From Octopus bimaculoides (lineage: Eukaryota), in NCBI RefSeq assembly GCF_001194135.2, contig NC_068995.1, forward strand, positions 10,629,848 through 10,686,293: DNA of 56,446 nt. The letters are read 5' to 3'. Below are positions 37,889 through 51,170 of the stretch, one piece after another. Numbering within the stretch: position 1 is the first letter of the stretch; every line of letters begins with the position of its first letter. The notes under the pieces were generated by a model, which was not told the DNA's origin, did no database searches, and worked only from the letters and a program-made list of their open reading frames with translations. Made by a program: the position numbers and the translations under genes.

Positions 37889-38097
37889 TTGGCATGGAAT
37901 TCTGAAGGTGAGAAATGGAGATTGCAGTCGGCCTGTGTGGAACAGTGTGGGTCACCGATTCCAGTGTCATCGACATCGGTAAGCTTTAACATTCCATTGA
38001 CAAGGACAAACTGTTGGTGTCGGAAGTCGTTCATGACTACGGGACCGTGAGGGGAGTGAGCGAAGAAATGAATCAGTGAAGTGAGGTCATATGAGAT
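37889..38097 (-). CDS. PKDCC: PKDCC exon 3 (ISYDLTSLIHFFAHSPHGPVVMNDFRHQQFVLVNGMLKLTDVDD...)
   Basis: ctacacag acceptor, GTTAGT donor, 209 nt, phase 0/2. Carries the PKDCC-type catalytic DFR..QF and LKLTDVDD motifs. Confidence 0.92.
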
Positions 38098-38886
38098 CTG
38101 TGTAGAGAGGAAATGGGTAAGACATCATGGAAGGAAGAAAACAGGAAAGTGCAATGGAAAGGTAAAATGTAACAAAGGGTTGATTGGTATGTAGGCAGGT
38201 AGGAAGGTTTGATGGTCACCATATACACATACCTTCAATCTGTCTTACAGTTAGAAAATTTGACCAAATATTAATAACAACATTAACAAATGTCTTTATA
38301 TCAAAACACACACACATGCACTGTAATTTCTCATGTATAAGTTGTACCCCTAACTTGGTGTTCAATATTGGTTCAAAATTTTTTCCCTTCATATTCAAAC
38401 TTGATATCAGCTTTACCTCATATATAAACTGCATCCTAAATTTTCCAGTTAAAATGTATGAGAAAACAAGGACAGGAAAACAAAACAAAAAAAGGAGAAA
38501 TGGTACACAAATACAAATGCTGTGAAGAATGAGTATGACCAGTAACAGGAAGAACAAATAATAGCATGGATTAACCCATTTTATCAACCTTCTTTTATCT
38601 GAGGCCGAGCCCCAGCATGGCCACAGTCTAACGACTATGACTGAAATAAATAAAAGAGTAAAAGAATATATATATCCAGTGCCGCCAGACTGGCCCTCGT
38701 GCCAGTGACACATAAAAAGCACTCACTACACTCTCGGAGTGGTTGGCGTTAGGAAGAGCATCCAGCTGTAGAAACTCTGCCAGATCAGATTGGAGTCTGG
38801 TGTTGCCATCTGGTTCACCAGTCCCCAGTCAAATCATCCAACCCATGTTAGCATGGAAAGCAGATGTTAAATGATGATGATGATGA

Positions 38887-38937
<51 letters not shown>

Positions 38938-39698
38938 GCGAGAGAGTTAGGGGTTGAGGGTTCAACCCACTAAGGGATAGTATCTATCCAATATACTGCT
39001 GGGAGGGTACCCAATTATTGCTACACTAGTGTTATACCAAGTGCAATAAATGGGAGCGGGTAAAAGGGGGGGGTATATAACCAAAATACAGTGGACAAGA
39101 ACAACATGCCGAGTACACCTCAGTATATCTTGCAGGACATCCCCCTTCTTTATGCTTGTACCTGATGTGACACAAACTGCACAGGGCTGATACAACACAA
39201 TTTGATGCACAAAATCCTACCCATAACGCACAGATGCAGGATGGGTTGAAACGATTTTCGTACAGAATAAAGACTAGCGCTGAATATATCTTCTGTTTCC
39301 GTTTATATACAATATATAATAACCTTATAATATGCATCTCAAAGCTTCTCTTCGACTACCATATGTTATCATACAGCAGGATTACTTCTTTTACTAGATA
39401 CACAGTGTATGAGTACATTTGGTAGATGGAAACTGAAAGAAGCCCATACCATATATATGTATGTGTTTGTGTTTTGAGGATTGTCATCTCCTAGCACTGC
39501 TTTATATACCAGTGTTGGTTTGTTTATGTTCCTGCAACTTAGCGGTTTAGCAAAAGAAAATGACAGAATAAGTATCAGGCTTACAAAAAAAATAAGTACT
39601 GGGGTTAATTTGCTCCCCTAAAATTCTTCAAGGTGGTGCCCCAGCATAGCCATAGTCTAATGAGTGAAATAAAGTAAGACAAAATATTTTATATATAT

Positions 39699-40098
39699 GC
39701 GCATGTGTGGCTGTGTGGTAAGAAGCTTGCTTCCAAACCACATGGTTCCAGGTTTGGTCCCACTGTGTGACACCTTAGGCAAGTGTCTTCTACTATAGCC
39801 TTGGGAAAACAAAAGCTTTGTGAGTGGATTCGGTAGATGGAAACTTAAAGAAGCCTGTCATATGTGTGTGTGTGTGTGTGTGTATCTTTGTGCCTATATT
39901 TGTGCCCCTCACCTTCGCTTGACAACCAATGTTGGTGTGTTTACATCTCTTGTAACTTAGTGGTTTGGCAAAAGGGACCTACAAAATAAGTATTAGTGCT
40001 TTATGAAAAAAATGTCCTGGGGTCGATTTGTTCGCCTAAAAACCCTGAAGGCGGTGCACCAGCATGGCCACAGCCAAATGACTGAAACAAGTAAAAGA
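39699..40098 (+). mobile_element. SINE family A (preceded by another partial copy at about 39415-39680)
   Basis: Family A head, (TG)n centre and tail. Confidence 0.8.
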
Positions 40099-41497
40099 AT
40101 ATATATATATATATACACATCCAATACAGGAAGGCCTCCACACACAAGTGTATGTGTGTGTATCTGTGAGTGTGTGCGTGCACCAATGCTGTATGAGTGT
40201 ATTACATATACATAGATATAGGGGTGGGAGTTTTTGTCTGGTTTAGAGTAGTGAAAGCCCCTAAAAACAAGTAAATAACATACAGCTTATTCCCCATTCT
40301 GCACCCTACCCTTCAACTGGTGTTTACAGAAGAGAGAATGACTAGCCCCAGTGGAGAGAGAAGAAATGGGCTCCCCATCCCGCAGCCCCCACCTCAATAT
40401 TTTTTTATTTCATTTTGGCACTACCCTCTTACCCTTAACCCTATCATCTCTTCCTTCCCACTTCTGACAACCCCCTACACAAACACTTACATATGACTGT
40501 TGGGACAGATGGTGGAGGATGGTGATGGCAGTGGTGGTAATGACATGGTGGTGGTGGTGGTGGTGGTGGTGGTGATGAAAGAATGACGTTTTTATTGTTT
40601 TTGTTTTTTAGCTCAAAAATATAATTTATTTTGGCAAGTAAATTTATTTCACACTAAGCTTTCCTCTCCCTTGGAGCTTTTCTGGTGTTTTCACACACAC
40701 ACANNNNNNNNNNNNNNNNNNNNNNNNNNNNNNNNNNNNNNNNNNNNNNNNNNNNNNNNNNNNNNNNNNNNNNNNNNNNNNNNNNNNNNNNNNNNNNNNN
40801 NNNNNNNNNNNNNNNNNNNNNNNNNNNNNNNNNNNNNNNNNNNNNNNNNNNNNNNNNNNNNNNNNNNNNNNNNNNNNNNNNNNNNNNNNNNNNNNNNNNN
40901 NNNNNNNNNNNNNNNNNNNNNNNNNNNNNNNNNNNNNNNNNNNNNNNNNNNNNNNNNNNNNNNNNNNNNNNNNNNNNNNNNNNNNNNNNNNNNNNNNNNN
41001 NNNNNNNNNNNNNNNNNNNNNNNNNNNNNNNNNNNNNNNNNNNNNNNNNNNNNNNNNNNNNNNNNNNNNNNNNNNNNNNNNNNNNNNNNNNNNNNNNNNN
41101 NNNNNNNNNNNNNNNNNNNNNNNNNNNNNNNNNNNNNNNNNNNNNNNNNNNNNNNNNNNNNNNNNNNNNNNNNNNNNNNNNNNNNNNNNNNNNNNNNNNN
41201 NNNNNNNNNNNNNNNNNNNNNNNNNNNNNNNNNNNNNNNNNNNNNNNNNNNNNNNNNNNNNNNNNNNNNNNNNNNNNNNNNNNNNNNNNNNNNNNNNNNN
41301 NNNNNNNNNNNNNNNNNNNNNNNNNNNNNNNNNNNNNNNNNNNNNNNNNNNNNNNNNNNNNNTGATAATAAGGGTTTCAAATTTTGGCACAAGGCCAGCA
41401 ATTTCGGAGGAGGGGACAAAGCAATTACATTGGCTGCAGTGTGAAATGCCGCTAAGTATTTTGTCCAGTGCACTAACGATTCTGCCAGCTAGCTGCC

Positions 41498-41499
<2 letters not shown>

Positions 41500-41559
<60 letters not shown>

Positions 41560-41576
41560 TATTATTATTATTATTA
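41500..41576. repeat. (AAT)n/(ATT)n microsatellite
   Basis: Direct reading; the AAT run switches to an ATT run. Confidence 0.95.
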
Positions 41577-42301
41577 TTTCAAATTTTTGTCACAAGGGCA
41601 GCTTAGGGGAGGGGATTAAGTCGATGTAAATGACTGCAGTGCATAACTGGTACTTATTTAATCGACCCCGAAAGGATGAAAGGCAAAGTCAACCTCGGAG
41701 GGATTTTAACTCAGAACGTAGCGACGGGCGAAATACCATTAAGCATTTCACCCGACGCACTAACGGTTCTGCCAGCTCGCTGCCTTAACAATAATAATAA
41801 TAATGATAATAATAATAATAATAATTAATTTGTTTTATTGGCCACAAGGGCTAATATCAATTAGAAACATGTAAGGACAAAGACAGGACGAAGGTTACAA
41901 AAGGTTTTGTCCGAAAAGGTAGGAACGTTTGTCTACCACCACTGCTGCTGCTGTTACTATTACCACTACTACCACCATCGCCACTACCACCACCACATCA
42001 CTATGGGTGCACAAGAAATAGAAATGGGATCACAAACAAACAAGCTGAGTATGAAGAACTATGCATGTGGTAGATGCAGCTGAGAGCAGTTAGCGACGAA
42101 GTGCAAACACAAAATATTTTTTTCAAATGCTCAGAGCGCTCCATAAAAGTAGTTTATAGGTTTTGCTACCTAACTGGCATAATTAGGAATGGGGGAGGGG
42201 TTCTGAGGGAAGAATTCTGTTGTAAGCACCCTATAATAATCCCCTCATAACTTTTTAACTTTTGGGGATTTTCAGAAAGTTTTTACAAATTTTTGTTCTA
42301 C

Positions 42302-42663
42302 GGAGTAGTTGTGTGGTAAGTAGCTTGCTTACCAACCACATGGTTCCGGGTTCATTCCCACTGCGTGGCACCTTGGGCAAGTGTCTTCTTCTATAGCCTC
42401 GGGCTGACCAAAGCCTTGTGAGTGGATTTGGCAGATGGAAACTGAAAGAAGCCTGTCGTATATATGTATATATATATATGTTTGTGTGTATGTGTGTCTG
42501 TGTTTGTCCCCCCCAACATTGCTTGACGACCGATGCTGGTGTGTTTACGTCCCTGTAACTTAGCGGTGCGGCAAAAAGAGACCGATAGAATAAGTACTGG
42601 GGTCGATTTACTCGACTAAAGGCAGTGCTCCAGCATGGCCACAGTCAAATGACTGAAACAAGT
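42302..42663 (+). mobile_element. SINE family A, ending at an assembly gap
   Basis: Near-consensus family A sequence. Confidence 0.85.
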
Positions 42664-43476
42664 NNNNNNNNNNNNNNNNNNNNNNNNNNNNNNNNNNNNN
42701 NNNNNNNNNNNNNNNNNNNNNNNNNNNNNNNNNNNNNNNNNNNNNNNNNNNNNNNNNNNNNNNNNNNNNNNNNNNNNNNNNNNNNNNNNNNNNNNNNNNN
42801 NNNNNNNNNNNNNNNNNNNNNNNNNNNNNNNNNNNNNNNNNNNNNNNNNNNNNNNNNNNNNNNNNNNNNNNNNNNNNNNNNNNNNNNNNNNNCACTCTGA
42901 TGTATTGATGCTTTTAAATATCTTTCTCTTCAAAAACACATTTAATGGCCTATTCCTGGGATTTAAGCACAAAATTTGGACTGTCTGTATTTTAAACTTA
43001 GATTTCACAAAAAGGATTTTAATTAAAAATTTAAAAACTTGAAGATCAGCGTTGCCTGCGTAATCGTTACCAGCGTCGCCTTCCTGGCACTTGTGCCGGT
43101 GGTATGTGAAAAGACATTCGAGTGAGGTCATTGGCAGTGCCGCCGGACTGGCTCCTGTGCAGGTGGCACATAAAATACACCATTTTGAGCATGGCTGTTG
43201 CCAGTACCGCCTGACTGGGGCCTGGTCCCAGTCAAACTGTCCAAATCCATGCCAGCACAGAAGACGAATGATTATGATGTGTGTGTGTGTGTGTGTGTGT
43301 GTATTATTCTTTTACTTGTTTCAGTCATTTGACTGTGGCCATGCAAATTGACCCCAGGACTTATTCTTTGTAAGCCTAGTACTTATTCTATCAGTCTCTT
43401 TTGCCAAACTGCTAAGTTATGGGGATGTAAACACACCAGCATCGGTTATCAAGCGATGCTGGGGAGACACATAAGT

Positions 43477-43508
<32 letters not shown>

Positions 43509-43560
43509 TACCACCACTGCTACCAAGAACAAAAACAATAACCACCACCACCTACGCCTA

Positions 43561-43602
<42 letters not shown>

Positions 43603-46166
43603 GTATGGCACAAGATCACCTCCTCTGATGCCCCCTCCCCTCTCAAAGGATGTTTGTCTTGCAGGTTACTTGGTGACCCTGTCAGTGCTGGTGCCATGTA
43701 AAAACGCACTCCATGGAGTGGTTGGTGATAGGAAGAGCATCCAGCTGTAAAAACCATGCCAAAACAGACAGTAAAGCATGGTGCAGTGTTCTCACATTAA
43801 ACAATGATGATGAAGATGAAGATGAAGATATATATATGTATATATAATATATACACATACACACACACAACAACCATATGCAAGTGTAGCATGCACACAC
43901 AGCCACATAACCATTCATTCATATATGTGCTGAATGCTGGGCATGCTGTCAAGAAGTAACTTCCTCTCCTTTGTGTAAACACACACACACACACACACGC
44001 ACACATACACTTACACACACACTCCTACGGTCCATCCTCTCACTGCTCCTCACTGCTTCTTACTGTCTCTTGCTTCAATTATTTCACACTCATCATCATC
44101 CTGACAAAAACTAACAATGTCACAAATCCCCACCTCCCCCAATTTCTCTCCTCCCCTCCTCCTCCTCCTTCTCCCCATCACACATATCTGGCAATAAGTA
44201 CAACTTTATACTACCNNNNNNNNNNNNNNNNNNNNNNNNNNNNNNNNNNNNNNNNNNNNNNNNNNNNNNNNNNNNNNNNNNNNNNNNNNNNNNNNNNNNN
44301 NNNNNNNNNNNNNNNNNNNNNNNNNNNNNNNNNNNNNNNNNNNNNNNNNNNNNNNNNNNNNNNNNNNNNNNNNNNNNNNNNNNNNNNNNNNNNNNNNNNN
44401 NNNNNNNNNNNNNNNNNNNNNNNNNCCACCACCACCACCACCACTATGAATTAACTCTCACAGCCACCCTCAGTACCCAGACAACTAACTACACCAATCC
44501 TATTATCCCATCTCCAACTACACAGAAAACAAGCAGGCTGGATCTTATCTCATCTAATTCAAGATGTCAGACACACACACACACACACACACACTCTCTA
44601 ATACAATGAACAAACACACATCTACACACTAACACAACAAACACACACACATTACATACACACAAATTTCTCCAGACACCTCAAATTACATTTACACACC
44701 ACATGAGGTGTTGCGGGATTTCACACACAATTACTTCCATGAACTACATGTTTCCACTAATATGACACACAGACACACATACACACACTCATGCATGTCT
44801 TAAAACATGTCTTGCGCACACACTCCACATCAGCACAAACTATCCTAACCTTAACACATCAAATTACACACACACACACAGATATAACCACAAACATTTA
44901 TTTTCAGTCATTTAATTATATATATTTGCACAGGCATACAAATATTTATCTTTACACATCTAATTATATACATACACACACACATATATATAAGTGAACA
45001 CACACACATATATAAGTAAACACTCACATACACACAGACATATATCATCATTATTTAACATCCATTTTCCAAGGGGCCATTTCTTTACACATTTATATGT
45101 ATGTGTGCGTATGTATACACACACACCCAACCTACACATAAACATGTCTTTATATATCTAATCACACAACCATACACAATCATGAGAATTTAGCTTTACA
45201 CATTTAATTACATTCATACATACACAGATGCTCACATTTCCCCAAACGCACAGCTGTTCTCACACACACACACACACACACACACAGCAGTCTGTTGACT
45301 CACTTGTCAGTTACAAGTCCTGCCATAACAAATTAGGTCCAATGTCACCCAGGAGTCAATGTGAGAGCCTGCCTTATAAATGGTTGTACAAGCCTGCTAG
45401 ACAGTGTAGCCAAAATTTCCCTCAAACCACACTTTACTTTTAAAAAAAAAAACGAAAGTAAATGCACACTGGGGAATGAAATCCTAGACAGACATACAAT
45501 AATAAGAGATGGTCATGGCTGGAATGCCTTTGATAAATAGGTCTGCTGGATCAAGGCTGACCAGAGGGAGGAGTTAACCAACAACAGGTATCACAGCTAC
45601 AATTGACTACCACTGGAACTAGTTTTTTTTGTTTGTTTGTTTGTTGGCTTTTCTTTATCTGAGAGATGTTAATACCAAAATCTGTTAGGATTAATGGAGA
45701 ATCTTACCTCTCATGATATAGAAACATTTCTCATGGCACCAGAAGACAAAATGGAAAAAATTGTTGCCCAGGAAGACAGCAAGGGATTAGTACTTGTGGA
45801 CAGCAATCTCTGCCCTGATAGCAGTGAGTAGGGATATGGTCCAGCACCCAAGAACACCGAGAGGGGGTCTCAACTGCCACAGGTTCGACCATATAACCTG
45901 TCGGAGAGTGACCGATACTTTGACAATTTTTTTTTTTCTTCTCAGCCTGAAAAGCTGCGTAAAAGCACCCAGTATACTCTGTAAAGTGGTTCGTGTTAGG
46001 AAGGGCATCCGGCCATAGAAACCATGCCAAAACAGACAACTGGAGCTTGGACAGCTCTCCAGCTGGGCAGTTCTTGTTAAACCGTCCAACCCATGCCAGC
46101 ATGGAAAGCAGACATTAAAGGATGATGTTTGGGACATAAATTAATATAAAATTCTGATTGCAGGTT

Positions 46167-47020
46167 TTAATAAAGAAAAACCTGAGCAAAGTTCAGAGAG
46201 CTCCTACCGCTGCTGGTAACAAAGGGCCTCTCACTCAGAGTGAAAGGTAGACTGCACGATGCATGTGTGCGAACAGCCATGCTACATGGCAGTGAAGTAT
46301 GGGCTGTAACTGCTGAGACATGCGCAGGCTTGAAAGAAATGTCAGTGTGCATACACGACAGAGTGTAAGTGCTCCGAGAGAAAAGTTGGACATAAGAAGC
46401 ATCAGATGTGATGTGCAAGAGAGACGATTGCACTGGTATGGTCATGTGTTGTGTATGGATGGGGGAAGCTGTGTGAAGGAATGCTGCACTCTAATAGTGG
46501 CGGGAACCTGTGGAAGAGGTAGATCCAGGAAGACATGAGACGAGGTGGTGAAGCATGACCTTCGAATGTTGGGCCTCACAGAGGCAATGACAAGCGACCA
46601 AGACGTCTGGAGATATGCTATGTTTGAGAAGACCCGGCAAGCCAAATGAGAACGTAGCCATGGCTAATGCCAGTGTCGCATAACCGGTCCGTTCAAAAGT
46701 ACCCTTCAATTGTTGGGCAATATGTTGTGCTTGAGAAGACCTGTTGAGTCAAGTGAAATCGTAGTCATGGCCAATGACAGTGCTGCCTGACTGGTACCCG
46801 TTCCGGTGGCACACAAGAAGCACCATTTGTGTGTGGCTGATGCCAGTGTCAGTGGCACATAAAAAGCACCATTTGAGCATGGTTGGTGCCAGTGCCGCCT
46901 GAGTAGCTCCCGTGCCGGTGGCATGTGAAAAGCACCATTCAAGTGTGGTCGATGCTAGATCAGATTGGAGCCTGGTGCAGCCTCCTGGCTTGCCAGTCCT
47001 CAGTCAAACCGTCCAACCCA
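46167..47020 (+). mobile_element. RTE-clade LINE 3' fragment (end of ORF2 plus repeat-containing 3'UTR)
   Basis: Broken frames give AKFRELLPLLVTKGLSLRVKGRLHDACVRTAMLHGSEVW, RRLHWYGHV and GRGRSRKT, which are typical RTE ORF2 C-terminal motifs. Confidence 0.85.
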
Positions 47021-47257
47021 TGTGGTATCAAAAGGGTTTACCCTTTTTGATACCACATCAAGCAAAGTTCTAAACAGATCCCTAAAATTTAGCTTCCCTA
47101 TATAAATTAACATGTAGTCATTAAAACTAGCCCCTTAACTTCACATTCATTATACCCCATAGAAATTTTTGAATGAAGCAACAAATATCCTTTAAAAGGC
47201 TTTTAGGAACATTTGTACATTTACAATGCAAGATCCCAGCAGATGGATAATACTTAC

Positions 47258-47389
47258 TCGTAGTCTTTCTTCCCAGCTCATAGGCAGCAGTTTGATCAGA
47301 TCTATAGTGTCACCCAGCTCTGTAATTAAAGACACCAAAGTAACATCATCACCGTTGTACTGTTCTTCAGGGATGCAGTAACCCAATAC
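47258..47389 (-). CDS. PKDCC: PKDCC exon 2 (VLGYCIPEEQ...ITELGDTIDLIKLLPMSWEERLR)
   Basis: tttcag acceptor, GTAAGT donor, 132 nt, phase 0/0. Confidence 0.92.
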
Positions 47390-47607
47390 CTGAAAGAAAA
47401 TGGAAACCGTCAACACACTGCTATTGAAACAAAGAATATGGTAAAATCAGTAAACATGCAGCAAGCATTAAATTAACTACATACAACCCCCACATGCAAG
47501 TGACTACAGTTGGTAGCATGTACCATATTTCTAATTGTTTTTGTTGTCTATGTAGTTACAAGCAAGCATAGATAGGGTGTTATGACATGGGTACACACAT
47601 CTGGTGT

Positions 47608-47996
47608 GGAGGCGCAATGACCCAGTGGTTAGGGCAGCGGACACGCGGTCATAGGATCGCAGTTTCGATTCCCAGACCAGGCGTTGTGAGTGTTTATTGA
47701 GCGAAAAACACCTAAAGCTCCACGCGGTTCTGGTAGGGGATGGTGGCGAACCCTGCTGTATTCTTTCACCATAACTTTCTCTCACTCTTTCTTCTTGTTT
47801 CTGTTGTACCTGTAATTCAAAGGGCCAGCCTTGTCACACTGTGTCACGCTGAATATCCCTGAGAACTACGTTAAGGGTACACGTGTCTGTGGAGTGCACA
47901 GCCACTTGGACGTTAATTTCACGAGCAGGCTGTTCCGTTGATCGGATCAACTGGAAACCTCGACGTCGTAAGCAACAGAGTGCCAACAACAACAAT
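47608..47996 (+). mobile_element. SINE family B, full length
   Basis: Same family; 13-bp TSD acac(a/g)tctggtgt (47595-47607 / 47997-48009). Confidence 0.9.
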
Positions 47997-48401
47997 ACAC
48001 GTCTGGTGTAAAATGGTATTACACAAATAAAAAGTTGGTTGTAACTATCTAAAAATAACCCATCACAGAAATATATGTTAACACAGAATGCACTCCGTAC
48101 TATTCAAACGTTGGTACAATACTCAGTATTCACTGTTCAACTAGCGACTGTTAAACCAACACACATAGAGCTAACATGGTAAACCAACACGGATGAACTA
48201 ACACTGTCAACCCCTACCACTGACAGTTCACTCAGTCTTTATCTATTGCAATTGGTTAGTCCACCTGCAGTCACATGGGGGTGTTCAGGATTCTCCCATA
48301 ACAATAGATACAAGTTGGTGTAAATATTGAATGGCTGTTGGGGTCCACCAGAATAAAACAGTAATCAAAAGGGTCCATAGGCCAAAAAAAAAAAAAATGA
48401 C

Positions 48402-48569
48402 GTAGGAGTGGCTGTATGGTAAGTAGCTTGCTTACCAACCACATGGTTCCGGGTTCAGTCCCACTGCGAGGCACCTTGGGCAAGTGTCTTCTACTATAGC
48501 CTCGGGCCGACCAAAGCCTTGTGAGTGGATTTGGTAGACGGAAACTGAAAGAACCCCGTCGTATATATG

Positions 48570-48610
<41 letters not shown>

Positions 48611-48836
48611 GTGTGTATATGTTTGTGTGTCTGTGTTTGTCCCCCCAACATCGTTTGACAACCGATGCTGGTATGTTTACGTCCCCGTAACTCAGCGGTT
48701 CGGCAAAAGAGAGACCGATAGAATAAGTACTAGGCTTCCAAAGAATAAGTCCTTAGGTTGATTTGCTCGACTAAAAGGCAGTGCTCCAGCATGGCCACAG
48801 TCAAATGACTGAAACAAGTAAAAGAGTAAACGAGAG
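48402..48836 (+). mobile_element. tRNA-headed SINE family A (internal (TA)n/(TG)n, gtaaaagag tail), full length
   Basis: Head ggagtggctgtatggtaag...gggttcagtccc, CORE-like accttgggcaagtg motif, tail cagcatggccacagtcaaatgactgaaacaagtaaaagag. More than 15 related copies occur in the window. Confidence 0.88.
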
Positions 48837-49614
48837 TAACCCCTGATGCGAATACTGAAACCAATCTTTCAGAAGTCAATAAGTTGAGAAATTATAATCA
48901 TACTGAATCAGATTGGAGCCTGGTGTTGCCATCTGGTTTCACCAGTCCTCAGTCAAATCGTCCAACCCATGCTAGCATGGAAAGCGGACGTTAAACGATG
49001 ATGATGATGATGACGATGACTGAGACATAAAATAAGCACAAGGCCATACAATTAGAAAGAAGAAATAGTCAATTAATTGTATTGATACTAGTATTTGTCT
49101 GGTACTTATGTTATTGACCCTGCAAGGACGAAAAGCAAAGGTAGACCTTGTTGGGATTTGAACACAGAAGTCAATGGGTTAAAAATTTATGTGTGTATTG
49201 ATTTCTAACATAGGTACAAGGGTTAGTCAATTGTAATCGGTCTCAGTATTTGTCTGGTATTCATCTTATCGACCCAGGAAGGATGGAAGGCAATGTAAGC
49301 TTCAACAAGATTCGAACACAGATGTCAATCAGGTTAAAAAATTTATAATCATATTGATTTCTAACTGGCACAAGGTCACACAATTAAGGAGAAGGGTCAA
49401 TCAATTAGTTGTATTGATTCCAGTACTTGACTGTTACTTATCTTATTGACTGACCCTGGATGGATGAAAAGCCAAGTTAGCCTTGGTGTGATTTGAACAC
49501 AGAATGTAAAAAAAAAAAAGTGTCACTAAACACTGTCCAACACACTACCAACTGTACCAATCTACCACCCTTGAAAAATTATAATCCAAGTAATGATAAT
49601 AAAGTTTCGATTAC

Positions 49615-50220
49615 CTTAACGAGATTCTGGTGTTCCAATTCCTGCAGGAGAACAATTTCTTTGACAATTTTCTGTGCAGCTCTGTAATAACATTCTGCAA
49701 GAGTCTGACCCCATTTCACACAGTTGGTCACATCTTGCCCTCCAATGTCGACAGTCTTCATTGCAACTTTCTTGGACGATATAACTCCGCTATACACAGC
49801 CTTTGTCCAGCCCGATCCGATGTAGTGTTTGTCAGTTATGTTCTCGATATCCTGACAGTTGAAAAGTTGTTCGCTGCTCCGGTTCTTGAAACGAAGTGTT
49901 CCGTTCTCAGCATTGCTGATCAACTCGAGCGATTCATCGTTTTCGCTAGATGAAAAATTGCTCGATTCTACAGCGTTCTCCATCAGCTTTCGGAAACGGC
50001 TGACCAACACACGGTATTCATTATCTCCCTGGGTTTTCTGTGCAGAACCCTTGCCGGCAGTTCGTGACCAACTATCGGGCTTCTCGACGAGAGCACTGTT
50101 CCACTTGGTCCATGTCTGGTGAACCAAGATGTTGCATACAAGGAAGACGTTGATGCAAAAGCCGAAAATGTAGCATCGCATGCGACGTGTGAACCTGAGG
50201 GGTCGACCCAGAGACGCCAT
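49615..50220 (-). CDS. PKDCC: PKDCC/VLK-like kinase, first main coding exon (hydrophobic anchor, IGSGWTKAVY loop, VAMK lysine)
   Basis: ORF 49579..50220 cut at the donor AAG|GTAATC after QELEHQNLVK; 606 nt, phase 0. Confidence 0.92.
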
Positions 50221-50479
50221 AGGAACTCTGACCCGACCCCCTTCTGTAGTAAGGGCTGTTGGTGGTGTTGTTGCTTAACAGCAAGTCAGCTCTGATTGAG
50301 AAAATCTATGATCACAAATATTCCAACCATGACCTACACATCATTTTTGTATATCAATCAATAACTACATTCTCCAATGTGCCCTTCCTATTTTAAGATG
50401 AAAGGATGTGATTTCAGAGGCTGTTTGGCTGGTATTTCTATTTCTCTAAGGTTTAGCCACTGCTTGAGTAAAGACTCAC

Positions 50480-50673
50480 CCTTTGACTCAAGCAATAGGA
50501 TTGTTGTCATTAATTTTGAAGACACTTTTTCACATAGAATTCTTCTGGTCAGGCTTTCAACTTCAAGATCACATGATGTCCATTTATAAACCACAAGCCA
50601 CAAATCAGTTCTTTAAATTTGGCAATATACTGTAATTGTGAAGTAGTCAGTGGCCATACAGGTTTTTTTTTAC
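50480..50673 (-). other. Candidate upstream PKDCC exon (mostly 5'UTR; ATG at 50510 would be in frame)
   Basis: tatttcag acceptor at 50674-75 and G|GTGAGT donor at 50478-79. A ctactacag-like acceptor (cttactacag) sits 23 nt before the 50220 ATG. Confidence 0.45.
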
Positions 50674-50799
50674 CTGAAATATAAAAGATACATAGTCAAA
50701 ATGTAGCTGATCCAAAGCCCAAGTCACAAAGAGGTTCATTTAAAAGAAAAAAAAAAAGCTCACATACACACACAGAATGATTGTAATAAATAACATCTT

Positions 50800-51170
50800 T
50801 TATCTTTTACTTCTTTTAGTCATTAGACTGTGGCCATGCTAGGACACTATCTTGAAAGATTTTGGTCAAAGGAATCAACTCCAGTATTTAACTCTGTTAG
50901 CCACTTTTGTTGAACTGCTAAGTTATGGAGATGTAAACAAACCAACACTGGTTGTCAAGTTGTGGTGGAGGACAAAAGCAGACACAAAGACACACACACA
51001 CATATATATATGATGGGCTTCTTGCAGTTTCCATTCACCAAATCCACCCACAAGGCTTTGGTCAGCTTGAGGCTATAGTAGAAAATACTTACCTAAGGTG
51101 TCAGGCAGTGGGACTGAACCCAGAACCATATAGTTGGAAAGCAAAAACCTTGCCACACAGCCACACCAGC
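50800..51170 (-). mobile_element. SINE family A, diverged
   Basis: Reverse-complement family A motifs. Confidence 0.7.

Noticed and set aside
40420-40445. acccttaaccctatc as a telomeric repeat
   Set aside because: Only one perfect unit; expected by chance.
4590-44444. Long ORFs made of X residues
   Set aside because: They only span N gaps.
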